Source: an uncultured Collinsella sp.
Lineage (GTDB): Bacteria; Actinomycetota; Coriobacteriia; Coriobacteriales; Coriobacteriaceae
Length of the DNA: 64,000 nucleotides
Reading direction: 5' to 3'
NCBI GenBank assembly: GCA_902496455.1
Contig: CABVAY010000007.1
Coordinates: forward strand, 422 to 64,421
Shown here in pieces: positions 22,989-32,000 of this stretch. How positions within the stretch are numbered: the stretch's first letter is position 1; each line of letters opens with the position of its first letter. The translations under genes and the position numbers were made by a program. The notes under the pieces were generated by a model. It saw only the letters and a list, made by a program, of their open reading frames with translations, searched no databases and was not told the origin of the DNA.

Positions 22989-23492
22989 CTACAGCTCCTG
23001 CCCCAAGCGGACAAAGTGGGAAAAGTCGTTGGCGGCCACGGCGTCGTACACGGCGTCGACGGCCTCAAAGACCTCCGGGGACATGGGGTTATAGAACTCC
23101 GTATCGCCCGGCTGAATCCCTATGAAGACGATATCTTCGCACGATTGCTCAATCTCTTCGATCAGAATCGACAAAGGGAGCGAATGCGTGGTGAACATCG
23201 ACTTACGGGCCACATCACGTTTGTCGAGCAAGCGGATGGCGCCGACGGGCAGTGCCATGTCGGCGGCATCGACCAAAACCAAACGCGGCGGACGCTCGCG
23301 CTTGACCTCGATGATGTCGTCCTCGGGCGTTTGGCCGCCGTCGATGGTGTACCAACCAGCAATGGGTGCGTCTTCCATCTTTTTGGAGAGCACGGGGCCG
23401 GCGGCATCGTCGGCACGCAGCACGCTTCCCGCCGTGAGCACGATACCCGCAAACGGGGCGCCGTTCACACGTCCATCCACAACGTGACCCAT
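22989..23492 (-). CDS. hycI: Hydrogenase 3/4 large-subunit maturation endopeptidase
   Basis: 167 aa, LRADDAAGP (DDxxG) motif. TAATG overlap with the upstream gene. Confidence 0.75.
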   Translation of the reverse strand: MGHVVDGRVNGAPFAGIVLTAGSVLRADDAAGPVLSKKMEDAPIAGWYTIDGGQTPEDDIIEVKRERPPRLVLVDAADMALPVGAIRLLDKRDVARKSMFTTHSLPLSILIEEIEQSCEDIVFIGIQPGDTEFYNPMSPEVFEAVDAVYDAVAANDFSHFVRLGQEL

Positions 23493-24073
23493 TACTGCAA
23501 CCTTCCCGTCAGATACACGCCCGACACATCGCGCACGCGCTCCACCAAATCGCGAAACTTCATTAAGAACGCGACCTGCTGGGCATGCAGGCCAAAGTCA
23601 TCGTCGAACACCGAGATGCCGGCCTTGGCCGACCCGCGAAAACCGCGCTCGTCGAGCAGTGCATCGCAGGCCTCGAGCAGCGACGGCACCGCCGCCTTGT
23701 CGAGCTGGCACTCGCCAAAGGAGCGGATGGCCTCGAACTTGGTCTTGGCCTCCCCCTCCGGCAGCGCGTCGACGAGCGAATAGAAGACATCCACCGGCAC
23801 CGACAGACGCGGCTCGAAGCAGTCGAGCACGCCGGTGTGGTGGCCCACGGCGAGCGTGTAGTACAGCACGTCGCAGGCCTCCTGGGGAACGTCTTCCTCG
23901 GTCTCCACAAACTTACGCGTGAGCTCGTAGAAGACCACCTGGTCGGGCGCGTGGCCCAGGCAGGGGTCGACGACGCCCTCGGCGGCCTCGTCGCTTGCGC
24001 GCGAGGCATCGCCAAAGGAGCCGCCGAGCATGCCGGGGCCCGCAAAGTAACCAGAGCGGTCCGTGAGCTCCAT
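23492..24073 (-). CDS. hyfJ: Formate hydrogenlyase maturation protein HycH/HyfJ-like
   Basis: VVFYELTRKFVETEEDVPQEACDVLYYTLAVGHHTGVLDC resembles the E. coli HycH N-terminal region, quoted from memory. Confidence 0.75.
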   Translation of the reverse strand: MELTDRSGYFAGPGMLGGSFGDASRASDEAAEGVVDPCLGHAPDQVVFYELTRKFVETEEDVPQEACDVLYYTLAVGHHTGVLDCFEPRLSVPVDVFYSLVDALPEGEAKTKFEAIRSFGECQLDKAAVPSLLEACDALLDERGFRGSAKAGISVFDDDFGLHAQQVAFLMKFRDLVERVRDVSGVYLTGRLQ

Positions 24074-24856
24074 CTAGCGACCTCCGGCCAGCACCAGATC
24101 CTGCAGCGCCGAGTACACCTCGACGCGGCGCGGATCATCTTGCTTGTCGATGAGCAGCGCCATGGCACCGCGAATATCGCCCTTGGGCGCGCCCTCGAGC
24201 GTATCCATAAACTCGTTGGCCAGGTCGCGGCCGTAACGGTAGCCGCTCATGGCGCGAGCCTCGCGCTCGATGGCAACGCGCAGCTTGTACGGCACGCCAG
24301 GGTGCAGGATATCGGCCTGCTCGCCGGCGGCCTCCACCGTGGTCTCGGCATGGAGCTTTTGGTCCAGCAGGCCAAGTGCCATAGCAAAGCCGTAGATGGT
24401 CTGCGCGGGACTGGGCGGGCAGCCGGGGATATAGACATCGACCGGCAAGATCTTGTCCGTACCGCCCCAGACGCAGTAGTTATCGTAGAAGATGCCACCG
24501 GTGCAGCCGCACGCGCCATAGGACACCACGATCTTGGGATCAGGTGCAGCCTCAAAGGCGCGCAGGGCCGGCATGCGCATGGCACGCGTCACGGCGCCGG
24601 TGTACAGAAGCACGTCGGCGTGACGGGGCGAGGGCACGACCTTGATGCCAAAGCGCTCGACGTCAAAGACGGGCGTGATGGAACCGAAGATCTCGATCTC
24701 GCAGCCGTTGCAGCCGCCGCAGTCAACGCGGTAGACGTACACCGAGCGCTTGATCTTCTTAAGAAGGGTCGCCTTGGCCTTCTCGATGCTCTCGTCGAGC
24801 TCGATCTTGGTCGGGCGGTACTGAAGCCGCTCGGGCAAAAGCGTGGGTTCGGCCAT
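24074..24856 (-). CDS. hyfI: Hydrogenase-4 small subunit (NuoB-like)
   Basis: CGGCNGCEIEI and GCPP cluster-binding motifs. Confidence 0.9.
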   Translation of the reverse strand: MAEPTLLPERLQYRPTKIELDESIEKAKATLLKKIKRSVYVYRVDCGGCNGCEIEIFGSITPVFDVERFGIKVVPSPRHADVLLYTGAVTRAMRMPALRAFEAAPDPKIVVSYGACGCTGGIFYDNYCVWGGTDKILPVDVYIPGCPPSPAQTIYGFAMALGLLDQKLHAETTVEAAGEQADILHPGVPYKLRVAIEREARAMSGYRYGRDLANEFMDTLEGAPKGDIRGAMALLIDKQDDPRRVEVYSALQDLVLAGGR

Positions 24857-25574
24857 GGTTACTCCTCCTTCGTTTCAAAATCCATGATGATGCCCTCGAC
24901 CGGCGCCGGACCGGCGGGAATCTCGGGCGCATCGGGTTAAGCTCGCGGTCGATATACTCCGGGTTCACGCCGTGGCCGCCCAGATACTCCATGCCGGGGC
25001 CCTGGGGCTCGCCGGACGCAAGCGTCTCGTTGGCAGCCATGCCGTGTGCGTTGCCGGTCTTTACGGCCGATGCGGCGCGCAGGGCGTCGAGCTCGCGCTT
25101 GCACTCCTGGCACATACCGACGGTGCGGGCGGCCTGCTCGGCCTCCATGCCGCCGGCCTTTTGCAGCAGGCGCTTGGCATAGTCGATCTCCTTGTGCGGG
25201 GCGAACGGCTTGCCGCAACGCGAGCAGTGCTCGAGCGCATAGACGCTCTTGCTGGTGAGGTCGTCCTTGCTCATGACGGCCAGCTCAAACTCCTCGGTGA
25301 GCTTGATGGCCTCCATGGGGCAGGCTTCCTCGCAGCGGCCGCAGAAGATGCAGCGGCCGTAGTCGATCGACCAGGTGATGGTATCGGCCGAAAGGTCGGT
25401 GTCCATGCGAATGGCATCGGCCGGGCACGCCACGCCACAGGCGCCGCAGGCAATGCAGAGCTCTGAGTCGTGCTCGGGCTTGCCGCGCATGTCCTTGTTG
25501 GTGGGGAACGGCGCAAACGGGTACTTGACCGTCGCGTCGCCGGCCTTGGCGTTAACCTTCCAAAGCTTCAGCAT
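24759..25574 (-). CDS. hyfH: Hydrogenase-4 2x[4Fe-4S] ferredoxin subunit (NuoI-like); the 3' end is uncertain
   Basis: CIACGACGVACP and CIFCGRCEEACP. The annotated frame runs 98 nt into hyfI with an Arg-rich tail; an alternative frame stops 2 nt before the hyfI ATG. Confidence 0.8.
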   Translation of the reverse strand: MLKLWKVNAKAGDATVKYPFAPFPTNKDMRGKPEHDSELCIACGACGVACPADAIRMDTDLSADTITWSIDYGRCIFCGRCEEACPMEAIKLTEEFELAVMSKDDLTSKSVYALEHCSRCGKPFAPHKEIDYAKRLLQKAGGMEAEQAARTVGMCQECKRELDALRAASAVKTGNAHGMAANETLASGEPQGPGMEYLGGHGVNPEYIDRELNPMRPRFPPVRRRSRASSWILKRRRSNHGRTHAFARAASVPPDQDRARREHREGQGDPS

Positions 25575-25575
25575 A

Positions 25576-27348
25576 TTAGAGCGCCTCCTCATCGAGCGGA
25601 GCGGCCACGGTGCCCTCGCCCGCAAGCGGCGACTTGTCGCGCCAGACGTTTTCGAACTGCTCCTTGTCGAGCACATGGTCACGCTTGGCGGCGACGTCGG
25701 TCACCGTCACGCGGTCGGTGCAGGAGTAGCACGGGTCCAGCGAACCGACGATCAGCGCCGCGTCGCCCACGGTGTTGCCGCGGAACATGTAGCGCAGGAC
25801 CGGCCAGTTGCTGTACGTGGCGGCCTTGGCGCGCCAGCGGTAGCACTTCTGGTTGTTGCCGAGCATCGCCCAGTGCACGTCCTCGCCGCGCGGCGCCTCG
25901 GTGGCACCGATGGCGTACTTGTGCGGGGTGTACTCCCAATCCGTTGTAAGGATGGGGCCCGACGGGCAGTTCTCGAGCATGGTCTCGATCATGTCGATCG
26001 AATCGTAGACCTCCTGGATACGCACGGCGGTACGGCCGAAGGCGTCGCAGGTGTCGGCCGTGGCGGCGTGCATCTTTTGGACGTCCGGATCGGCGTAGCC
26101 GTCGAAGGGATGGTCAAAGCGCACGTCGCGGGCATAGCCCGAGCCACGCATGAGCGGGCCGACCGGCGAGAAGTCACGTGCGATCTTGCGGTCCAAGATG
26201 CCGATGCCGCTCGTACGCTCAATGAAGTTGGGCGTGGAGAGCAGCACGTCGACGAGCTCTTGAACCTCGGAGCGCAGCTGGTGGATGGTCGTGAGCGTGG
26301 AGAGCTTCTGCTCGGCCAAAATGTCGCGACGCACGCCGCCGATCACGTTGAGGCCGTAGGTCTTGCGGTGACCGGAGAGCTTCTCGGCCAGGTCCATGGA
26401 CTTCTCGCGGACGCGGAAGAACTGTTGGAAGCCGGAGTCGAAGCCCGTGTAGTGCGACGCCAGGCCAATGTTGAGCAGATGCGAGTGCAGGCGCTCGACC
26501 TCGAGCATGATGGCGCGGATGTACTGGGCGCGCGGCGGGACATGAATGCCCTGGGCGCGCTCGACGGCCTCGGCATAGGCCACCGAGTGGGCGCAGCCGC
26601 AGATGCCGCAGATGCGGTCGGCAAGGAACGTCACGGCATCATAGTTCAGGCGCGTCTCGGCGACCTTCTCCATACCGCGATGCACGTAGAACAGGCGGTA
26701 GTCGGCATCGACGATCGTCTCGCCCTCCACGAACAGGCGGAAGTGGCCGGGCTCGTCGGAGGTGATGTGCAGCGGTCCCATGGGGACGAGCGTAGTCTCC
26801 TTGCCCTTGGTGTCGGCCAGGAATTCGTAGTTTTCCATGTCGCTCGCGGGGGCGGGGCGGAAACGGTAATCCATCGAATCCTTGCGCAACGGGTACAGCC
26901 CGCTGGGCCAATCGTCGGGAAGCACCAGGCGACGGCGGTCGGGCAGACCCTCGGGAATCAGGCCAAACATATCGCGCAGCTCGCGCTCGCCCCACACGCA
27001 GGCGGGGACGAACGGCGTCACGGACGGGAACGTCATCTTGGCGGGGTCGACCTCGGCACGCACGGTAACCCAGCCGGGGTCCTCCCCCTCCATGGAGATG
27101 ACGTAGTACACGGCGTAACGGCCGCACAGGCTGCGCTCGTCGTTGCCGACAATCACAGGAATCCAGCCGTAGCGCTCGTAATACAGGTAGTGGACGGCCT
27201 CGGGCAGCTTGTCCTGCTTGACGGTAATCGTCAGCTGGTCCTCGCACTGCCATTCGACCTTCTCGATAGCGCCCGGCACTGCAGCACGCAGGGCCTCGAC
27301 GTGGCTTTCGCAGCGACGAGCGTAGTCCTTCTTTTCAGGTTCTGCCAT
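25576..27348 (-). CDS. hyfG: [NiFe] hydrogenase-4 large subunit (fused NuoC/NuoD-like)
   Basis: RICGICGCAHS N-terminal Ni-ligand motif and C-terminal DPCYSCTDR. Confidence 0.93.
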   Translation of the reverse strand: MAEPEKKDYARRCESHVEALRAAVPGAIEKVEWQCEDQLTITVKQDKLPEAVHYLYYERYGWIPVIVGNDERSLCGRYAVYYVISMEGEDPGWVTVRAEVDPAKMTFPSVTPFVPACVWGERELRDMFGLIPEGLPDRRRLVLPDDWPSGLYPLRKDSMDYRFRPAPASDMENYEFLADTKGKETTLVPMGPLHITSDEPGHFRLFVEGETIVDADYRLFYVHRGMEKVAETRLNYDAVTFLADRICGICGCAHSVAYAEAVERAQGIHVPPRAQYIRAIMLEVERLHSHLLNIGLASHYTGFDSGFQQFFRVREKSMDLAEKLSGHRKTYGLNVIGGVRRDILAEQKLSTLTTIHQLRSEVQELVDVLLSTPNFIERTSGIGILDRKIARDFSPVGPLMRGSGYARDVRFDHPFDGYADPDVQKMHAATADTCDAFGRTAVRIQEVYDSIDMIETMLENCPSGPILTTDWEYTPHKYAIGATEAPRGEDVHWAMLGNNQKCYRWRAKAATYSNWPVLRYMFRGNTVGDAALIVGSLDPCYSCTDRVTVTDVAAKRDHVLDKEQFENVWRDKSPLAGEGTVAAPLDEEAL

Positions 27349-27352
27349 GGTG

Positions 27353-28918
27353 CTAATTCACCTCACTTGTCTTGGTCTGGGAACTGAACACCATGCGGTA
27401 GAGAGGGGCCTCGTGGAGCTCTTCGACGCTCTGGTTCAAAACGACGGACGTTGCATCCTCGACGCCGCTCGTGATGGCGACCGGGGTGGCGATACCGAAC
27501 CACATGACCACGATCGCGAGGGCGATCTCGGGGATGATCATGAGGGCGGGCACCTCGTGGCGCTTCATGCCCTCGGGCGCCTTGCCGAAGATGGACTTGA
27601 GCGCGATGCCGGTAAGGGCGAAGTACACGCCGGTGAGGCCGATGGCCACGAGCACGACCACCCAGATGGGACCGGACTGAACACCGGCCACGAAGGTGAG
27701 GAACTCGGAGATGAACAGGGCGAACGGCGGGAAGGCGGCGAGCGCGAGCAGGGCGATGATGGTGAGCGCTGCCGTGACGGGAGCGATCTCGACGACGCCC
27801 TTGATCTTGTTCAGGTCGCGGGTGTGGTAGATGTGCTGGATGTTACCGGCCATGCAGAAGGCGAGCGCCTTCGTGAAGCCGTGGAAGATGCAGTGCAGCA
27901 GGCAGGCGGCGATACCGAGCGGGCCACCGATACCCAGGCACAGCGCGACCACGCCGACGTTGTCGACGGAGGAGTACGCGAAGCGGCGCTTGATATCGTC
28001 CTGCTTGAAGATGCACAGGGCAGCCACCAGGATGGACAGCGTGCCCAGGATGAGCAGGAGCGTTCGCGGATAGGTGTCGCCCACCGTGATGATGGACAGG
28101 GAGTAGAAGCGGATGATCACCAGCATGGCGCACTTGAGCAGCACGCCCGAGAGCAGCGCGGAGACCGGGCTCGGAGCCTGGGAGTGCGCGTCGGGCAGCC
28201 AGGTGTGCATGGGGAACAGGCCCGCCTTGGTGCCGAAGCCGATGACGATGAACGCGAACGCGAGGCGCACGAGCATCGGGTCGAACTGGTCGGCGTAGGG
28301 CATGATGGAGGTGAGGAAGGCGGCCTCATGCGCGTTGGGCATGATATCGGCGGCGTTCGCGTAGATGAGCAGCGTGCCGAACAGGCCGAAGGCCACACCG
28401 GCGGTGCAGACCATCGCGTACTTCCAAGACGCCTCGAGCGCCTGCTTGTTCTTGTAGATGCCCACGAGGAACACGGTCGACAGCGTAGTGGCCTCGACCG
28501 CCGCCCAGGTGAGGATGATGTTGTTGGACAGGCAGGCGAGCAGCATCGTGAAGACGAACAGGCTGAACAGCGCGTAGTATTGCTTGGTGCGCTCGGCCGG
28601 CATGGTCTTCTCCTCGATATCGATCTTGATATAGGAGATGGAGTACACGCCGGTGATGAACCCGATGATGCCTACCAGAAGGACGAAGATCGACGAGAGC
28701 GAATCGAGATGGAGCCACAGGCCCAAAGCGTCGATATTCTGCCCGCTCGAGAGCATGGTTCCCGCGGTGACGACCGAAAGGACAAGGGTCGCCGCGACGG
28801 AGATGGTGTTGAGCCCCGCGAAGACGTTGTAGGACGTCGTCTTGGGGAGCGCAGCCATAATCAGGGAGAACACGAGAGGACAAGCGAGCAGGGCGACCGT
28901 CAGCATTGAAACATCCAT
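27353..28918 (-). CDS. hyfF: Hydrogenase-4 membrane subunit F (NuoN/M antiporter-like)
   Basis: 521 aa polytopic protein with Mrp/Nuo antiporter-like repeats, at the HyfF position in the hyf gene order. Confidence 0.8.
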   Translation of the reverse strand: MDVSMLTVALLACPLVFSLIMAALPKTTSYNVFAGLNTISVAATLVLSVVTAGTMLSSGQNIDALGLWLHLDSLSSIFVLLVGIIGFITGVYSISYIKIDIEEKTMPAERTKQYYALFSLFVFTMLLACLSNNIILTWAAVEATTLSTVFLVGIYKNKQALEASWKYAMVCTAGVAFGLFGTLLIYANAADIMPNAHEAAFLTSIMPYADQFDPMLVRLAFAFIVIGFGTKAGLFPMHTWLPDAHSQAPSPVSALLSGVLLKCAMLVIIRFYSLSIITVGDTYPRTLLLILGTLSILVAALCIFKQDDIKRRFAYSSVDNVGVVALCLGIGGPLGIAACLLHCIFHGFTKALAFCMAGNIQHIYHTRDLNKIKGVVEIAPVTAALTIIALLALAAFPPFALFISEFLTFVAGVQSGPIWVVVLVAIGLTGVYFALTGIALKSIFGKAPEGMKRHEVPALMIIPEIALAIVVMWFGIATPVAITSGVEDATSVVLNQSVEELHEAPLYRMVFSSQTKTSEVN

Positions 28919-28921
28919 GGC

Positions 28922-29575
28922 CTACCCCTTCAATTCGGTCAGGTCGTGGGAGTCGAGCGACTTGGTGTCGTTCCAAATCCTCACGACGACGGCGGACATG
29001 ATGATGACGGCGAAGATGGCGTCGGTGGCGATGCCGATCTCGATGATCTCGGGGGCCGTGGGCGCGAGCAGAGCGAGCGTCACGTGGCTACCGTTCTCCA
29101 TAAGGCAGTACCCGAAGATCTGCTTGAGGATGTTGCGCTGGGAGATGATGCACGTGAGGCCGACGAAGAAGTGCGCGAAGCTGATGGCGAGGGCCGGAGT
29201 GGCCACCTCGGCGGTGGGCAGGCTCAGGCGCGTGACCACCGCGAAGCAGACGGCCACCTCCAGACCGGTGAGGATGATGGTCCAGGCCGGCTTGATGGAG
29301 GAGGTCAGCGTGCTATCGGCAGGCGAACCCATCTTCTTGTAGGCACGGTTGAGAATGAACGGAACGAGGATCACCTTGGTGACGAAGGCCGACGCGGCCC
29401 ACATGAGAAGCTCGGTGGCACCGGTGGTGAGGCCCAGGGTGAGCAGCACGCCCACCAGGACAACCGACTGGATCGCGTACCACTTGATGGCGGACGGGAT
29501 GGTCTTCGAGACGACCACCATGGTGGAGGTCACGATCAGAAGACCGCCCAGGATATTGACTAACGAATAACCCAT
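28922..29575 (-). CDS. hyfE: Hydrogenase-4 membrane subunit E
   Basis: 217 aa small polytopic membrane protein at the HyfE position. Confidence 0.75.
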   Translation of the reverse strand: MGYSLVNILGGLLIVTSTMVVVSKTIPSAIKWYAIQSVVLVGVLLTLGLTTGATELLMWAASAFVTKVILVPFILNRAYKKMGSPADSTLTSSIKPAWTIILTGLEVAVCFAVVTRLSLPTAEVATPALAISFAHFFVGLTCIISQRNILKQIFGYCLMENGSHVTLALLAPTAPEIIEIGIATDAIFAVIIMSAVVVRIWNDTKSLDSHDLTELKG

Positions 29576-29585
29576 GTCCTACCTC

Positions 29586-31043
29586 CTAACCCATCCAACT
29601 AGAGGACAGAGGACCGGCGACGACGACCATGATCATGAGGACGACGAACACGAACGCCATGGCGCGCGGAAGGGGCTGGCCGGCGGCCACGGTCTCGCTC
29701 GGCTCACCGGGCAGGACCTTACCCATCCAACGCAGGAACCATGCGAAGGTGGCGACGGTCTCGACGACCATGACGCACACGAGGACAAAGATGACCGTGT
29801 TGGTAGCACCAACCGCGAAGCCACCGGAAATGATCTGGAACTTGGAAAAGAACGTGCTCATGGGGGGCACGCCGGCGATAGCGGTCGCGGCGACCGCAAA
29901 GCCCACGCCCGTGACCGGGTACTTCTTCATGAGGCCCTGGATCTTGGGCAGCATACGGGTTCCCAGCGTGAAGCTGAGAGAGCCAGCGATGAGGAAGAAC
30001 AGGGTCTTGGTGAACGCGTGGTTGAAGATGTGCTCGACGGCGCCGTTAAACGCCATCTGGCTTCCGAACACGGAGAGGCCCAGGCCAAAGAACACGTAGG
30101 CGAGCTGCGCGATCGTCGAGAAGGCGAGCAGGCGCTTCATATCCTTCTGGGGCAGGTACATGAGGAAGCCGAAGAGCATGGTCACGACGGCGTCGATGAT
30201 GGCGACCCAACCGACGATCTCGGGAATATCGCCGGCGCTCGCAAGAGCGCGGGCGAACACGCACACGCCGACCTTCACCATGGACGCGCCATGAAGGTAG
30301 GCGGAAACGGGCGTGGGGGCCTCCATTGCGGAGGGCAGCCACATGTAGAGCGGGAACTGGGCGGACTTGGCCCAAGCAGCGAACAGGATGAGCAGCAGCA
30401 CGACGGTCTTCATACCGGAATCGAGCTGGGAGATCGCGCTCAGCGCGAACGTGCCGGTTCCGGCGAACAGGAAGGCCGCGCCGATGTAGAGTCCCAGAGC
30501 GCCGATATGGGTGATGATGAGCGCCTTCATACCGGCCTTCTTGGCCGTGGGCGTCATGTAGTAGCTGATGAGGCCCCAGGAGCACACACCGGTGATCTCG
30601 AAGAAAACGAGCTGGCCGACGATGGTGGAGCTGTAGGCGAGACCGGCCATGGCGCCGATGAACGTGGAGAAGTACACGTAGAAGCGACGACGGGGCGCGT
30701 CGGGATGCTCCTTATTCTTATCGCTCATGTACGGGAACGAATAGATGACGACGAGCAGGCCGATAGCGACGAACGCGGGTGCGAGCAGCGTGCTCATCCG
30801 GTCGAATATGAAGCCCATGACCAAGGTCTGGCCCATACTCGCCCAGGTTACATCGACCGCGTTCATGCCGTTTCCGGCAAACGTCGCGGCCAAGCCAACG
30901 GAAGCGACCGTGGCGATGCCGCCGGCAAAGGCGCAGATCCATTTAGCGTAGGGACGCGGCAGCATGACGATGAGCAGGGAGCCCAGCATGGGGACGGCGA
31001 TCGCCACCATGGCAAAGAGGGACAAGCTCGATTCGATTGACAT
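29586..31043 (-). CDS. hyfD: Hydrogenase-4 membrane subunit D (NuoL/M antiporter-like)
   Basis: 485 aa antiporter-like membrane protein at the HyfD position. Confidence 0.8.
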   Translation of the reverse strand: MSIESSLSLFAMVAIAVPMLGSLLIVMLPRPYAKWICAFAGGIATVASVGLAATFAGNGMNAVDVTWASMGQTLVMGFIFDRMSTLLAPAFVAIGLLVVIYSFPYMSDKNKEHPDAPRRRFYVYFSTFIGAMAGLAYSSTIVGQLVFFEITGVCSWGLISYYMTPTAKKAGMKALIITHIGALGLYIGAAFLFAGTGTFALSAISQLDSGMKTVVLLLILFAAWAKSAQFPLYMWLPSAMEAPTPVSAYLHGASMVKVGVCVFARALASAGDIPEIVGWVAIIDAVVTMLFGFLMYLPQKDMKRLLAFSTIAQLAYVFFGLGLSVFGSQMAFNGAVEHIFNHAFTKTLFFLIAGSLSFTLGTRMLPKIQGLMKKYPVTGVGFAVAATAIAGVPPMSTFFSKFQIISGGFAVGATNTVIFVLVCVMVVETVATFAWFLRWMGKVLPGEPSETVAAGQPLPRAMAFVFVVLMIMVVVAGPLSSSWMG

Positions 31044-31059
31044 AGTTTCTCCCTTCTCC

Positions 31060-31983
31060 CTACACGCCTACGACGACGAAGACGAACGCGAGGACCGCGA
31101 TGCCGACGACGGCCCAGGTCTGGTTACCGAGCACCTTGAAGCGCGAACGGGAAACGGAGTTCTCGAGCACGCCGCAGACAACGAAATCGACCAGGCACTT
31201 GACAAGGAAGACGACGGCGCCCACGAGAGCGGTGACGCCGATGGTCGCGGGCTCTCCCCAGGGGATGAAGATGGAGGTGAACCAAGCGACGACCACGACC
31301 TGCTTCATGCCCATGGCGAGCTTCATCATGGCCAGGGACGGGCCGGAGAGCTCGGCGAGCGGGCCCTCCTGGAGCTCCTGCTCGGCTTCGGCCTGATCGA
31401 ACGGAAGCTTGCCGAGCTCCATATAGCAGGCGGCCGCGAAGGCGACGCCGGCGAGGATGACGGCGACGACGCTCGAGACGTTGCCCGTAACGATGTGCTG
31501 ACCCATGGTCGCAATGTCCGTGGAGCCGCACACGATGGCGACGGTAAACAGCGCGATGAGCATGGACGGCTCGATGAGCACGCTCATGAGGAGCTCGCGG
31601 ATACCGCCGAAGCCCGCGTAGGCGTTGGAGGAATCCACGCCGGACAGCGCGAAGAAGAAGCGGGACAGCGCGAGCGCGTACATGATGGTGATGGCGTCAC
31701 CAAAGACGGGCATGGGGCTCTCGAGCGTGAACATGGGCAGGCCCATGGCGAGCATGAACGACACCGCGAGGAACAGCGGCGGCATGATGCGCAGCACGAA
31801 GCTCGAGTCGGAACTCACGGACTCGGGACGCGCCATGAGCTTCGCGAGGTCCCGGTAATCCTGAAGGATGGACGGACCGCGGCGATTGTGCATCTTCGCG
31901 CGAATCACACGGGCGAGGCCGGAGAAGAAGGGCGCGACCAGCATGACCACGAGGCCCTGCGCTATCGCAAGAACGATGTTCAT
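31060..31983 (-). CDS. hyfC: Hydrogenase-4 membrane subunit C (NuoH-like)
   Basis: 307 aa NuoH/HycD-like membrane protein. Confidence 0.85.
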   Translation of the reverse strand: MNIVLAIAQGLVVMLVAPFFSGLARVIRAKMHNRRGPSILQDYRDLAKLMARPESVSSDSSFVLRIMPPLFLAVSFMLAMGLPMFTLESPMPVFGDAITIMYALALSRFFFALSGVDSSNAYAGFGGIRELLMSVLIEPSMLIALFTVAIVCGSTDIATMGQHIVTGNVSSVVAVILAGVAFAAACYMELGKLPFDQAEAEQELQEGPLAELSGPSLAMMKLAMGMKQVVVVAWFTSIFIPWGEPATIGVTALVGAVVFLVKCLVDFVVCGVLENSVSRSRFKVLGNQTWAVVGIAVLAFVFVVVGV

Positions 31984-32000
31984 AATATCCTCTCCCCTCT

